In this document: in pieces, positions 1 through 12,197 of the stretch
How the letters are laid out: each line of letters opens with the position of its first letter
How positions within the stretch are numbered: the stretch's first letter is position 1
Assembly: GCA_963693055.1 (NCBI GenBank)
Contig: OY843751.1
Location: 5,920,001 to 5,984,000 of the forward strand
Origin: a bacterium
GTDB taxonomy: Bacteria; Zhuqueibacterota; Zhuqueibacteria; Residuimicrobiales; Krinioviventaceae
Direction of reading: 5' to 3'
DNA: 64,000 nt
Position numbers and translations under genes: made by a program
The notes under the pieces: model-generated
Databases searched by the model: none
What the model was told of the DNA's origin: nothing
Seen by the model: only the letters and a program-made list of their open reading frames with translations

Positions 1-270
1 GTACGAGTTTTCCAACTTGTACGCATTTGCAACTTCCTGGAACACCTGCTTATACCAACCTTCAATATGCTGCGGATTGTCTGAAAAAGAGATATGAAGT
101 ACTTTTTTATCGTTCAACAGCTTGTCAGTTGCAACGTGAACCAGGCATGCAGTCTTGCCCACTCCTTTTCTGGCGGTAAACACCCCCAGATTTCCTTTCC
201 CCAATCCACCATGGATTGTTTTCTCCATGACCCGGATTGGGCTGCGTTTAATCAATTCGGTTTTTAGCAT
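1..270 (-). CDS. RecA/KaiC/DnaB-like P-loop ATPase, N-terminal part (runs off the window start; not in the ORF track)
   Basis: Manual translation from ATG at 270: MLKTELIKRSPIRVMEKTIHGGLGKGNLGVFTARKGVGKTACLVHVATDKLLNDKKVLHISF..., with no stop down to position 1. Has a GGL..G + ARKGVGKT Walker A and a KVLHIS strand. Confidence 0.75.
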   Translation of the reverse strand, partial: MLKTELIKRSPIRVMEKTIHGGLGKGNLGVFTARKGVGKTACLVHVATDKLLNDKKVLHISFSDNPQHIEGWYKQVFQEVANAYKLENSY

Positions 271-341
271 GAATCGGCCTCTGTATATTTTAAATTCTTT
301 TCTTCTTATTATAATAAACACATTTAAACATTATCACGCTA

Positions 342-2420
342 CTACTTTTTATCTTTTTCTGCCAATTGTTTTTTCAAATTTTCGGCAATAGATTCAGGTA
401 CTTTGTGATAACGTGAGAACTCCATGGTAAATTCAGCTTTACCCTGGGTTGATGAACGCAATACTGTTGAATATCCAAACATTTCGCTCAAGGGTACTTC
501 GGCATCCACAACGGTAAAGGCATTATCTTCAGTTGCACTGTGAATAATACCACGACGCTGGTTAATAGTAGCCAAAATGGCGCCCTGAAACTCTGTAGGA
601 CTTTCAACGCTTACGCGCATAATAGGTTCAAGAATTACCGGTTTACAACGGTTATACACTTCACGGAACGCAGACAGAGACGCTGTCTGAAAGGCCTGAT
701 CAGAAGAGTCAACCGGGTGATAAGCACCATCATTAATGGTGATTTTGACACCCACAATGGGGAATCCGGTTACCGGACCTTTGTCCATAGCCATTTCGAA
801 ACCTTTACGACAGGAAGGAATATATTCATTGGGAATAACGCCACCCTTTATCTCGTCAACAAATTCAAAATCGCTTTCATGGTTGGGTTCCATTGAACCG
901 GCAACACGACCGAATTGTCCCGCACCACCGGTCTGCTTTTTATGTGTGTAATTAAAAGTGGCCGATTGAGAGATACTTTCACGGTAAGCAACCTGTGGCG
1001 CTCCGGTCTCGATCTCTGCATTATATTCACGTTTCATTCTTTCAAGATATACTTCCAAATGAAGCTCACCCATACCTCTAATAATAGTCTCATCAGTTTC
1101 GGGGTCAACATAAGACTGAAAAGTAGGATCTTCTTTTGAAAAACGGTTTATTGCTTTTGCCATATTGGCAGCAGCCTTATTATCTTTAGGAATAATAGAC
1201 AAAGAAATTACCGGTGTGGGAACAAACATGGAGGTCATTGAAAAATTCAAACCACCGCCGGTAAAAGTATCGCCAGACGCACAATCTACACCAAACATGG
1301 CAACAATATCACCAGAGGGTGCGCTTGTAATATCTTCCATTTCATCAGAGTGCATTCTAATCAAACGCCCCACTCTGATCTTGCGACCTGAGCGAACATT
1401 GATAATCTCGTCACCTTTATTCATAGTACCCTGGTAAATACGAACATAAGTCAGTTGTCCAAAACGGGTATCATCCAGTTTAAAGGCCAGCATAACAAGC
1501 GGTTTCTCATTACTGGATTCCAACACAACTTCTTTTTCTTCATTATCCAAATCAAGTGCAATATTTTCAATTTGAGTGGGATTAGGAAGATATTTTAAAA
1601 CAGCATCCAAAAGGGGCTGCACACCTTTATTCTTGAAGGCTGACCCCATAAATACTGGTGTCAATTCAAGAGACAAAGTGCCTTTACGAACGGCATCGTA
1701 AATCATCTCTTCGGTTACAGTATCTTCAAGATATGCTTCCATCAATTCATCACTAAACATGGATACTGTGTCCAACAAAATATCGCGCTTTTCCAGAGCA
1801 GTGTCCATCAACTCTGCAGGAATTTCTTCCTCACGAATTACCATGCCATTGGGTTCATCAAAATAAAGAGCTTTCATGGTTACAAGGTCAACAACACCAA
1901 CATGACCTTCTTCAAGCCCAATAGGAATTTGCATCATCACGGCATTGTGATTCAGCTTGTCGCGCAACTGCTGAGTAACACGTTCAGGATCAGCACCCAT
2001 ACGGTCGCATTTATTAACAAATGCAATACGAGGCACCTTGTAACGCGTCATCTGGCGGTCAACAGTAATAGACTGTGACTGCACACCACCCACAGAACAC
2101 AATACCAGAATAGCACCATCAAGAACACGCAAAGAACGTTCAACCTCAACGGTAAAGTCAACGTGTCCCGGAGTATCAATAATATTAATCGAGTGGTTTT
2201 TCCACTCCACATGAGTAGAAGCTGAAGAAATGGTAATACCACGTTCTTTTTCCAGCTCCATAGAGTCCATTTTTGCGCCCACACCGTCTTTTCCGCGTAC
2301 TTCGTGAATCGCATGAATGCGATTGGTGTAAAATAATATTCGTTCGGTCAATGTTGTCTTTCCCGAATCGATGTGCGCGCTGATTCCAATATTTCTCATC
2401 AGTGTAATATCTTTAGCCAT
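342..2420 (-). CDS. fusA: Elongation factor G, spirochete/planctomycete/deltaproteobacteria (mtEFG1-like) type
   Basis: [41 protein letters not shown] motifs. The [20 protein letters not shown] segment is typical of the spdEFG1/mtEFG1 subfamily. Confidence 0.97.
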   Translation of the reverse strand: MAKDITLMRNIGISAHIDSGKTTLTERILFYTNRIHAIHEVRGKDGVGAKMDSMELEKERGITISSASTHVEWKNHSINIIDTPGHVDFTVEVERSLRVLDGAILVLCSVGGVQSQSITVDRQMTRYKVPRIAFVNKCDRMGADPERVTQQLRDKLNHNAVMMQIPIGLEEGHVGVVDLVTMKALYFDEPNGMVIREEEIPAELMDTALEKRDILLDTVSMFSDELMEAYLEDTVTEEMIYDAVRKGTLSLELTPVFMGSAFKNKGVQPLLDAVLKYLPNPTQIENIALDLDNEEKEVVLESSNEKPLVMLAFKLDDTRFGQLTYVRIYQGTMNKGDEIINVRSGRKIRVGRLIRMHSDEMEDITSAPSGDIVAMFGVDCASGDTFTGGGLNFSMTSMFVPTPVISLSIIPKDNKAAANMAKAINRFSKEDPTFQSYVDPETDETIIRGMGELHLEVYLERMKREYNAEIETGAPQVAYRESISQSATFNYTHKKQTGGAGQFGRVAGSMEPNHESDFEFVDEIKGGVIPNEYIPSCRKGFEMAMDKGPVTGFPIVGVKITINDGAYHPVDSSDQAFQTASLSAFREVYNRCKPVILEPIMRVSVESPTEFQGAILATINQRRGIIHSATEDNAFTVVDAEVPLSEMFGYSTVLRSSTQGKAEFTMEFSRYHKVPESIAENLKKQLAEKDKK

Positions 2421-2983
2421 CTCTAACTCTTTGTAAAATTTAGGGTTATAATTATTTATAGTTTATACACAAAGTTTTAAATATACAAATTATTACAAAA
2501 ACATGCAACACTTTATTAATTATAGCTTTTTTCAGTGAGCAGTTTTGTATTTACAAAACAAATGTTAACACAAAAGAATTCTCTTGTTAATAAAATTTTA
2601 AGAAATTTACGAATTTTTCATTTTAAAACTTGAAATTACTTTTCCTTTTGTGTAAGTTAATAATAGAGGACCCCCAATAATAACTTGTGGATAACCCAAA
2701 TTACCCATTTTTGTTCGGGTTACATGTCCTTGATTTGAAAAATGACCAATGTGGATAAGTTGAAAACCTTATACACTAACTTGCTGAATTAATGCAAGTT
2801 AAGTGAATCACAATTCTTCTACAGCTAATGTGGATAATTTGAAATTTTTGTGGATAACTCATTTTTCCTTATATAATTGTGTGTTGTCGTCTTGATCAGC
2901 CTATATGTTGATATCCTAAATCAAAATAAATCCAGACAACACAATATACTGTATTTGCTAAACATAAAACAACGGAAAGCCGT
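2421..2983. promoter_or_regulatory. Probable oriC / dnaA promoter region with DnaA-box cluster
   Basis: Perfect TGTGGATAA at 2686-2694, 2750-2758, 2829-2837 and 2849-2857; TTATACACA at 2463-2471; near-match TTATACACT at 2769-2777. Very AT-rich stretch at about 2430-2660, immediately upstream of dnaA. Confidence 0.85.
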
Positions 2984-4333
2984 ATGCAGGGAGATTTACA
3001 AGTCACCTGGGACAAGATCCTGGGCATCATTAAAGAAAACGTCAACTCTAACAGCTATGCAACCTGGTTCAAACCCATTCGCCCCTTTAAGATTGAGGAG
3101 CACGCCCTAACCATCCAGGTACCCAGCCAGTTCTTTTATGAATGGCTGGAACAGCATTACAGCAAAGTAATCAATCGGGCCATGACACAGGTACTGGGAG
3201 CAGATTACAAGCTACTTTATTCCGTGATTATGGATTCAGCAACTCAGGCTGTTCAACTGCCATCCATGAAAAAAGCCGCTCCACAAAAATCACACAACGG
3301 CAAAGACAACCTGAGTGAGCGCTTTACATTTGACAGCTTTGTGGAAGGAGATTGCAACAAATTCGCCAAGGCTGCTTCATTTGCGGTAAGCAAATCTCCG
3401 GGCAAAACCACCTTTAATCCCCTTGTGGTTTATGGCGGTGTTGGCTTGGGAAAAACGCACCTCATTCAGGCCATTGGAAACTATTGTAAATACAATACAA
3501 ACGCCACACGCGTACTATATGTAGACAGTGAACGCTTTACCATGGATTTCATCAACTCGATTCAGAAAAACAAAACAACCGAATTCAGCAGCCTGTACCG
3601 CAACGTAGACCTTTTGATTGTTGACGACATTCAGTTTTTTGGCAACAAGGAACGAACCCAGGAAGAGTTTTTTCACACTTTTAATACCTTACACCAAAAA
3701 GGGAAACAGATTGTACTCTCTTCTGACAGATCCCCAAAAGAATTAAAAGGTATTGAAGAACGTTTAATCTCCCGCTTTCAATGGGGCTTGGTTGTAGATA
3801 TACAACTTCCTGAAATGGAAACCCGCCAGGCCATTCTTCAAAAAAAAGCAGAAGAAAACGGACTAGACATTCCACCTGAAATCTATCACTTTATAGCCAC
3901 ACATATAACAACCAATGTCAGAGAGCTTGAAGGCGCCCTTATTCGCCTGCTGGCGTATTCTTCCCTGAATGGGCAGGATATCACTCTTGATCTTGCCAAA
4001 AGCCTGCTAAAGGATGTTTGTATTCCCAAGATCAAAGCTATCAGCATCGAGTTTATTCAAAAGACCACATCCGAATATTTTGGCATTCCGGATGATATGC
4101 TGCGCGCAAAGACGCGCAAAAAAGAAGTGGTACAAGCACGCCAAATAGCTATGTATTTATGCAAAAACATGACAGACAGCTCACTAAAGACCATTGGCCT
4201 GCACTTTGGCGGCAGAGACCATAGCACGGTAATCCATGCCATTACCAGCACAGAAGAAATGATAAAAAATGACAACAAGATCAGAGAATCTCTGGAAACG
4301 ATAAAAAATAAAATTGAAATTGCTCAATTATAA
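2984..4333 (+). CDS. dnaA: Chromosomal replication initiator DnaA
   Basis: YGGVGLGKTHL, LIVDDIQF, QEEFFHTFN, RELEGA, FGGRDHSTVIHA. Confidence 0.99.
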   Translation: MQGDLQVTWDKILGIIKENVNSNSYATWFKPIRPFKIEEHALTIQVPSQFFYEWLEQHYSKVINRAMTQVLGADYKLLYSVIMDSATQAVQLPSMKKAAPQKSHNGKDNLSERFTFDSFVEGDCNKFAKAASFAVSKSPGKTTFNPLVVYGGVGLGKTHLIQAIGNYCKYNTNATRVLYVDSERFTMDFINSIQKNKTTEFSSLYRNVDLLIVDDIQFFGNKERTQEEFFHTFNTLHQKGKQIVLSSDRSPKELKGIEERLISRFQWGLVVDIQLPEMETRQAILQKKAEENGLDIPPEIYHFIATHITTNVRELEGALIRLLAYSSLNGQDITLDLAKSLLKDVCIPKIKAISIEFIQKTTSEYFGIPDDMLRAKTRKKEVVQARQIAMYLCKNMTDSSLKTIGLHFGGRDHSTVIHAITSTEEMIKNDNKIRESLETIKNKIEIAQL

Positions 4334-4427
4334 CACGCTTATAAACTGCTCTATAATATTATTTTCTTGTTATTTACAAAGAAAAGTATTATTTTTTTAC
4401 AGTTTTTCATTTTGTTAAGGAGGCACC

Positions 4428-5588
4428 ATGAACTTTACCATCGCCAAGTCTGACTTTTACGACGCATTACATAAAATGGTAGGAGTTGTACCGCAAAAAA
4501 CAACCATCTCTGTTTTGACTTGTGTTCTGATGGAACTGGAAGGCAACCGTTTACGCCTGACCGGTACCGACCTGGAAGTTTCTGTAACTATATCTCTGGA
4601 TGTTAATGGCGAAGAGGATGGTACAGTAGCCATCCCGGCAAAACTGTTGATTGAAATTGTTCGCGAACTGCCCGATGTTCCATTGAATCTTTTTTCAGGC
4701 ATCGGTGACAAAATCGTTATCAAAACGGAACAAGGTGAATATAAAATATCTTCGCAGCCAAAAGAAGACTATCCCCGTATCAATGTAGAAGAGGGTGATG
4801 TTTCTTTTGAAATTGACAGCGAGCTGTTAACACGCATGACAGACAAAACATTGTTTGCTGTTTCAAACGATGAATTACGACCCGCGTTAACTGGTATTAA
4901 TATGGAAATGCTGGCAACCGGTATGACGTTGGTAGGTACCGACGGTCACCGTTTATCACGGGTTATCAACAAAAACCCCGGTGTTTCAGGTGACACCCAA
5001 TTAAACATCATCATTCCAACCAAAGCACTGAATGTCATGTCACGCAACCTGAACAGCGAACAACCGGTAAAAATACAGGTTGGCGAAGACCACATTCAAT
5101 TTGAATTCAACAATACCATTATTTATTCTAAATTAATTACCGGAACATATCCCAATTATGAACGGGTAATTCCAACAGACAATGATAAAGAGCTCAAGGT
5201 AGATCGTGATCTTTTGATCTCTACCCTACGCCGCGTATCCATTTTTTCAAGCTCACTGACCAACCAGGTTAGATTTGTGCTAACCCCAACAGAGATCACC
5301 ATTCATTCAGAAGATATAGAATTTGGCGCAGAGGCAAAAGAATCGATTCCAGCCTCTTTTAGCGATGAATGGATGCAAGTAGGCTATAATTCAGCATATG
5401 TGCTGGATGTTTTACGTCATATTGATGATAAAGAAGTTCTTTTAAAACTCAAAGACAGCTCAAGTGCAGCTGTAGTTTCCCCAGCAAATCAGAAAGAAGA
5501 TGAAGATGTTCTTATGCTGATCATGCCCATTCGGATTAATGAAGAAACACCCGAAGAAGAAGGGGAAACTGAGGAAAATGAAGAATAA
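4428..5588 (+). CDS. dnaN: DNA polymerase III beta sliding clamp
   Basis: GTDLE, GTDGHRL, YPNYERVIP, LIMPIR; lies after dnaA; RBS AGGAGG. Confidence 0.98.
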   Translation: MNFTIAKSDFYDALHKMVGVVPQKTTISVLTCVLMELEGNRLRLTGTDLEVSVTISLDVNGEEDGTVAIPAKLLIEIVRELPDVPLNLFSGIGDKIVIKTEQGEYKISSQPKEDYPRINVEEGDVSFEIDSELLTRMTDKTLFAVSNDELRPALTGINMEMLATGMTLVGTDGHRLSRVINKNPGVSGDTQLNIIIPTKALNVMSRNLNSEQPVKIQVGEDHIQFEFNNTIIYSKLITGTYPNYERVIPTDNDKELKVDRDLLISTLRRVSIFSSSLTNQVRFVLTPTEITIHSEDIEFGAEAKESIPASFSDEWMQVGYNSAYVLDVLRHIDDKEVLLKLKDSSSAAVVSPANQKEDEDVLMLIMPIRINEETPEEEGETEENEE

Positions 5589-5597
5589 GAGTTGTGA

Positions 5598-6725
5598 ATG
5601 CTGATTCAGCACCTCAACATCCACAGTTTTCGTAATTTGCACCAGGTAGATTTGAGTTTTTCAGATAACACCAATTTTATATTTGGTGACAACGCGCAAG
5701 GCAAAACCAATATAGCAGAAGCCATATATATACTTTGCCTTGCAAAAAGTTTTCGTGCACGTGAAGAGACGGAAATGGTGCCATTCGAAGAAGATCATTA
5801 CAACTTTGACGGTACCTTTACTGATGAAAACGCCATATCCAGCAAAATCCAGGTATGGTATTCTAAAGATCTGGGAAAAAAGATCAAAGTAGATGGAAAA
5901 CCGGTAACCCGGTATTCGCTACTCATCGGCAAGTTCCCTATAGTGGCGCTTACATCTGATGACCACGTGGTAACCACCGGTGCACCCGCTCAACGTAGAA
6001 AATTTTTCAACATTCTGTTGTCTCAATGCTCTCCACGCTACCTGGATGATTTAAAAAAGTACGAACGGATCGTAAAACAACGGAACCAGGTCCTTACCCT
6101 GTTTCAGACCGGTAAAAGTGTCAGCAAGTCACAGTTGGAGATCTGGAACGACCAACTGGTCCAAACAGGTTTGAAAGTAATGGAAGCGCGAAAAAAAATG
6201 ACCCGGGATATGAACTCAAACCTTTTTCAATTTTATCAGGACCTTACCCGTTCCAATCATGATCTTAAAGTTATATACCAGCCCTGTGTTCCATTAACTG
6301 AAAACAGTGACAATTCCTCTGCTTTTTACAATATGCTGTTGAAATCTTTTGATAGGGAAAGGCGCAGAGGCACTACATTGGCAGGACCACATCGTGATGA
6401 ATTTGTTATATCTGTAAATGAAAATGAACTGAGAAGATATGGCTCTCGTGGCGAACACAAAAGCGCACTGGTGAGCCTGAAAGCGGCAGAATCGGTTTTA
6501 TTAAAAGAAAAAACCGGTACGTTGCCCATTTTGTTATTAGACGATCTTTATTCTGAACTGGACATAAATCGCGGTAAAAGCGTGTTATCGTTATTTTCTG
6601 GCAAAAGCCAAACTTTTGTAACCGGTACCAGCATGGATTATGAAGCTATAAAATCCCTGGGTGCCATACAAAAAGATCAATCCGTTTTCATGGTAAGTAA
6701 CGGAAGCGTAACCCGGACACAATAA
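5598..6725 (+). CDS. recF: DNA replication/repair protein RecF
   Basis: FRN, GDNAQGKTN, GPHRD, YGSRGE, ILLLDD..SELD. Confidence 0.97.
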   Translation: MLIQHLNIHSFRNLHQVDLSFSDNTNFIFGDNAQGKTNIAEAIYILCLAKSFRAREETEMVPFEEDHYNFDGTFTDENAISSKIQVWYSKDLGKKIKVDGKPVTRYSLLIGKFPIVALTSDDHVVTTGAPAQRRKFFNILLSQCSPRYLDDLKKYERIVKQRNQVLTLFQTGKSVSKSQLEIWNDQLVQTGLKVMEARKKMTRDMNSNLFQFYQDLTRSNHDLKVIYQPCVPLTENSDNSSAFYNMLLKSFDRERRRGTTLAGPHRDEFVISVNENELRRYGSRGEHKSALVSLKAAESVLLKEKTGTLPILLLDDLYSELDINRGKSVLSLFSGKSQTFVTGTSMDYEAIKSLGAIQKDQSVFMVSNGSVTRTQ

Positions 6726-6726
6726 T

Positions 6727-8939
<2,213 letters not shown>

Positions 8940-8965
8940 AATGATGTGAAAGGAAATATCCATCT

Positions 8966-11401
8966 ATGCCAGAAACGAATGAATCCATTCAACGGGTCTA
9001 TATAGAAGAAGAAATGCGTAGTTCCTACATCGACTATTCCATGTCGGTGATTATTTCCCGTGCGTTGCCGGATGTTCGCGACGGATTGAAACCCGTGCAT
9101 CGCAGGGTATTATATGGTATGCTTGAACTGGGGCTTAGACCCGGTTCTTCTTATAAAAAAAGCGCCAGAATTGTGGGTGAAGTTTTGGGTAAATATCACC
9201 CTCATGGTGACAGAGCAGTATATGACACCATGGCACGCATGGTACAAGATTTTTCTTTACGCTACCCCCTTGTAGATGGACAAGGTAACTTTGGATCCAT
9301 AGACGGCGATCCTCCCGCGGCCATGCGTTATACTGAAGCCAAATTAGCAAAAATTGCTGATGAAGTTTTAAGAGATATTGAAAAAGATACTGTTAACTTT
9401 ACACCCAACTTTGATGAAACCCTCAAAGAACCTTCCCTTTTACCATCTCTGTTGCCCACATTGCTGGTGAATGGAGCTGCCGGTATTGCTGTGGGAATGG
9501 CCACCAACATGGCCCCACATAACCTGTGTGAAGTCATTGATGCCATAGCCGCATTGATCTCCAGACCCACCATAAAACCCAAAAAACTCAAAGAGTATAT
9601 CAAAGGTCCGGACTTTCCCACAGGCGCCGTTATTGTAGGTGATGAAGAAATTGATTCTTATTTCAAAACCGGACGTGGAAAGCTGACAGTCCGCGCCAGA
9701 GTCCATATTGAAGATATGGGTTCTTCTCAACGCAAGCGGATTGTAGTAACCGAGATCCCTTACCAGGTAAACAAAAGCACCTTGCTTGAAAAAACCGCAA
9801 GTCTGATTAGAGAGAAAAAGATTGAAGGCATTCAGGAAATTCGTGATGAATCAGATCGCGAAGGAATGCGTATTGTTTTTGAACTTCGTAAAGAAGCAAA
9901 TCCTGACAAGATTCTAAAAGATTTATTCAAACACACACAAATGCAGACTACTTTTGGCGTCATTCAGTTAGCGTTGGTTGACGGTCAACCCAAAGTCTTG
10001 AACATGAAAGAATTGTTGCAGGAATTTATTGACTTTCGTCATGAGGTGGTTTTACGTCGTATCAAATTCGATCTCGACAAGGCAGAAAAACGCGCCCACA
10101 TTCTGGAAGGCTTGAAAATTGCACTCGACAATATTGATGAAATAATAGAACTCATCAAAAAATCCAGAAATGTTGAAACCGCTCGTAAAAACCTGATTAA
10201 ACGCTTCAAGCTTTCTGAAGTTCAGGCACAGGCCATTCTGGATATGCGTTTGCAGCGGTTAACCGGTCTTGAGCGCAAAAAGATTGAAGATGAATACCTG
10301 GCACTTATTAAACTGATTGAAAAATTAAAATCATTATTGGCCAGCAAACCTCGTAGAATGCAATTGATTAAATCAGAACTGCTTGAACTCAAAGCAACCT
10401 ATGGTGATGCCCGTCGCACCCAAATACTTGCAAAACCCACCAAAAAGAGCCTGACAGAGCTGATTAAAGAAGATGAAACCCTGGTCACTATAACCAATAC
10501 CGGCTATATAAGCAAACATTCTTTGGTTGATCCGGAAGCTGTTAAGGAACAAATCAAACCGGAAACCGCATCAGAGTTCATTGAATACAATTTTAAAACC
10601 ACAAACAGCCACAGTCTGCTCATGTTTACCAATACCGGTAAAGTTTTTGGTGTTAGAAGCAGCTTTATACCGCTAAATAACGGATCTGATAACAAAACCA
10701 TGTTAAAGAATCTGTTACGTTTAGGCAAAAACGAACAGGTACTCAATGTTTTTGAGGTCAGCAAATTTGAAGAAGACGACGCAAGATTCATCTATTTGGT
10801 AACCAAAGATGGACTTGTTAAAAAATCATCTCTAGCTACTTTTTCAAAGCTCAAAGAAGGCGCTAACAATGCCTTGTCACTAAAAGAGAAAGATGAACTT
10901 GTTTCTGTTATTATGGCGCCCAAAGATGCAGAAATTCTCATTGCATCGTCACTGGGACAAGCAATACGCTTTTCAGGTAAAGACCTGCGAGATGATATGG
11001 GAATTACTGCCGGTGGTGTAAGGGGAATAACATTAGATGAAAACGATGTTGTTATAGACATGATAACCGTTTCAGATCCAAAAGGATATTTGTTATCTAT
11101 AACAAACCTGGGCCTCGGCAAGAAAAGCGCATTACGCGAATACAGTACCATAGGACGAGGGGGCAAGGGTATTAAAAACTTTATTCTCAGTGATAAAACC
11201 GGCACTGTTGTTAGCATTGCTCAAGTAACAGACAAGCAAACAGCAATCATGATGACCAAAAAAGGTAAAATTAAACGTCAGAAAATCAAATTGATTAAGC
11301 CTATGGGTCGCGCCACCAAGGGCATTCCCATAGCAAACCTTGCACAAAAAGATGAAATTCAAAGAGTAGTAATTATTTCTCCTAACAAAAAGGTGATCTA
11401 A
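8966..11401 (+). CDS. gyrA: Type IIA topoisomerase A subunit (GyrA-like; blade-1 GyrA-box absent)
   Basis: [29 protein letters not shown] catalytic Tyr, beta-pinwheel repeats in the CTD. Confidence 0.9.
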   Translation: MPETNESIQRVYIEEEMRSSYIDYSMSVIISRALPDVRDGLKPVHRRVLYGMLELGLRPGSSYKKSARIVGEVLGKYHPHGDRAVYDTMARMVQDFSLRYPLVDGQGNFGSIDGDPPAAMRYTEAKLAKIADEVLRDIEKDTVNFTPNFDETLKEPSLLPSLLPTLLVNGAAGIAVGMATNMAPHNLCEVIDAIAALISRPTIKPKKLKEYIKGPDFPTGAVIVGDEEIDSYFKTGRGKLTVRARVHIEDMGSSQRKRIVVTEIPYQVNKSTLLEKTASLIREKKIEGIQEIRDESDREGMRIVFELRKEANPDKILKDLFKHTQMQTTFGVIQLALVDGQPKVLNMKELLQEFIDFRHEVVLRRIKFDLDKAEKRAHILEGLKIALDNIDEIIELIKKSRNVETARKNLIKRFKLSEVQAQAILDMRLQRLTGLERKKIEDEYLALIKLIEKLKSLLASKPRRMQLIKSELLELKATYGDARRTQILAKPTKKSLTELIKEDETLVTITNTGYISKHSLVDPEAVKEQIKPETASEFIEYNFKTTNSHSLLMFTNTGKVFGVRSSFIPLNNGSDNKTMLKNLLRLGKNEQVLNVFEVSKFEEDDARFIYLVTKDGLVKKSSLATFSKLKEGANNALSLKEKDELVSVIMAPKDAEILIASSLGQAIRFSGKDLRDDMGITAGGVRGITLDENDVVIDMITVSDPKGYLLSITNLGLGKKSALREYSTIGRGGKGIKNFILSDKTGTVVSIAQVTDKQTAIMMTKKGKIKRQKIKLIKPMGRATKGIPIANLAQKDEIQRVVIISPNKKVI

Positions 11402-11422
11402 GTCATTGTAAGGAGTCTTGGT

Positions 11423-12196
11423 ATGAAAAAAGTAAAAACCGAACCCAAACATTTCATTACAGTCGCTCTTGTTTTAGCACTGGTACTCTGCGGTATAGGT
11501 ATTGGTCTTTCTGTAACAACAGAACAGCAAAGAGGCCTTGTTACCCATGTTGAGGGTTCAGCAAAAAAACAAAGACTTTCAGAAGTACAATGGACAAATG
11601 TACAGCAAAACACTGAAGTTAATGGCGGTGAACGAGTACGTACTTTTTCTCAATCTCGAGCAGAGCTTGATCTTGCCAGTCTAGACAAAATCCGTATGGC
11701 ACCCAAAACCACTATTGACATTCTTAAACTGTATGAAGAGACCAAAGAACAGATAAGAGAAACCAAAATCACGCTACAGGAAGGGGATCTTTGGGCAAAC
11801 GTCAAGAAAAAACCCAAAAACATGTCCTTTTCAATTGGCACTCCTATCACGGCTGCTGCCATTACAGGCACAACCTTGCGAATGAACGTTAATCAGGATT
11901 CTTCATCAGAACTCAAAGTTTATCATGGCGAGGTAATCATTACCAACGCACCCGATTCAAAAACCGTGCAGCCCAAAGCAATAGAACCCTATGAGGTTGA
12001 AGGCCCGCACGAAATTCCAGGTCCACATGAAGTAAGTATGGAAGAATGGGCAATTATCGTCAGAAATATGCAAAAGGTACAGATCGACAAAAACGGTCAA
12101 GTTACGTATTCAGGTGATTTTTCGGCATCAGATCCGGATGAAAACAGCGATTGGGTACAGTGGAACCTGCAACGGGACAGGTCGGCTAACAGATAG
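11423..12196 (+). CDS. Exported FecR-domain protein
   Basis: N-terminal hydrophobic segment; FecR-like G..VRT...SRAEL, L..G.LW and TP...AAITGT motifs. Confidence 0.7.
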   Translation: MKKVKTEPKHFITVALVLALVLCGIGIGLSVTTEQQRGLVTHVEGSAKKQRLSEVQWTNVQQNTEVNGGERVRTFSQSRAELDLASLDKIRMAPKTTIDILKLYEETKEQIRETKITLQEGDLWANVKKKPKNMSFSIGTPITAAAITGTTLRMNVNQDSSSELKVYHGEVIITNAPDSKTVQPKAIEPYEVEGPHEIPGPHEVSMEEWAIIVRNMQKVQIDKNGQVTYSGDFSASDPDENSDWVQWNLQRDRSANR

Positions 12197-12197
12197 C

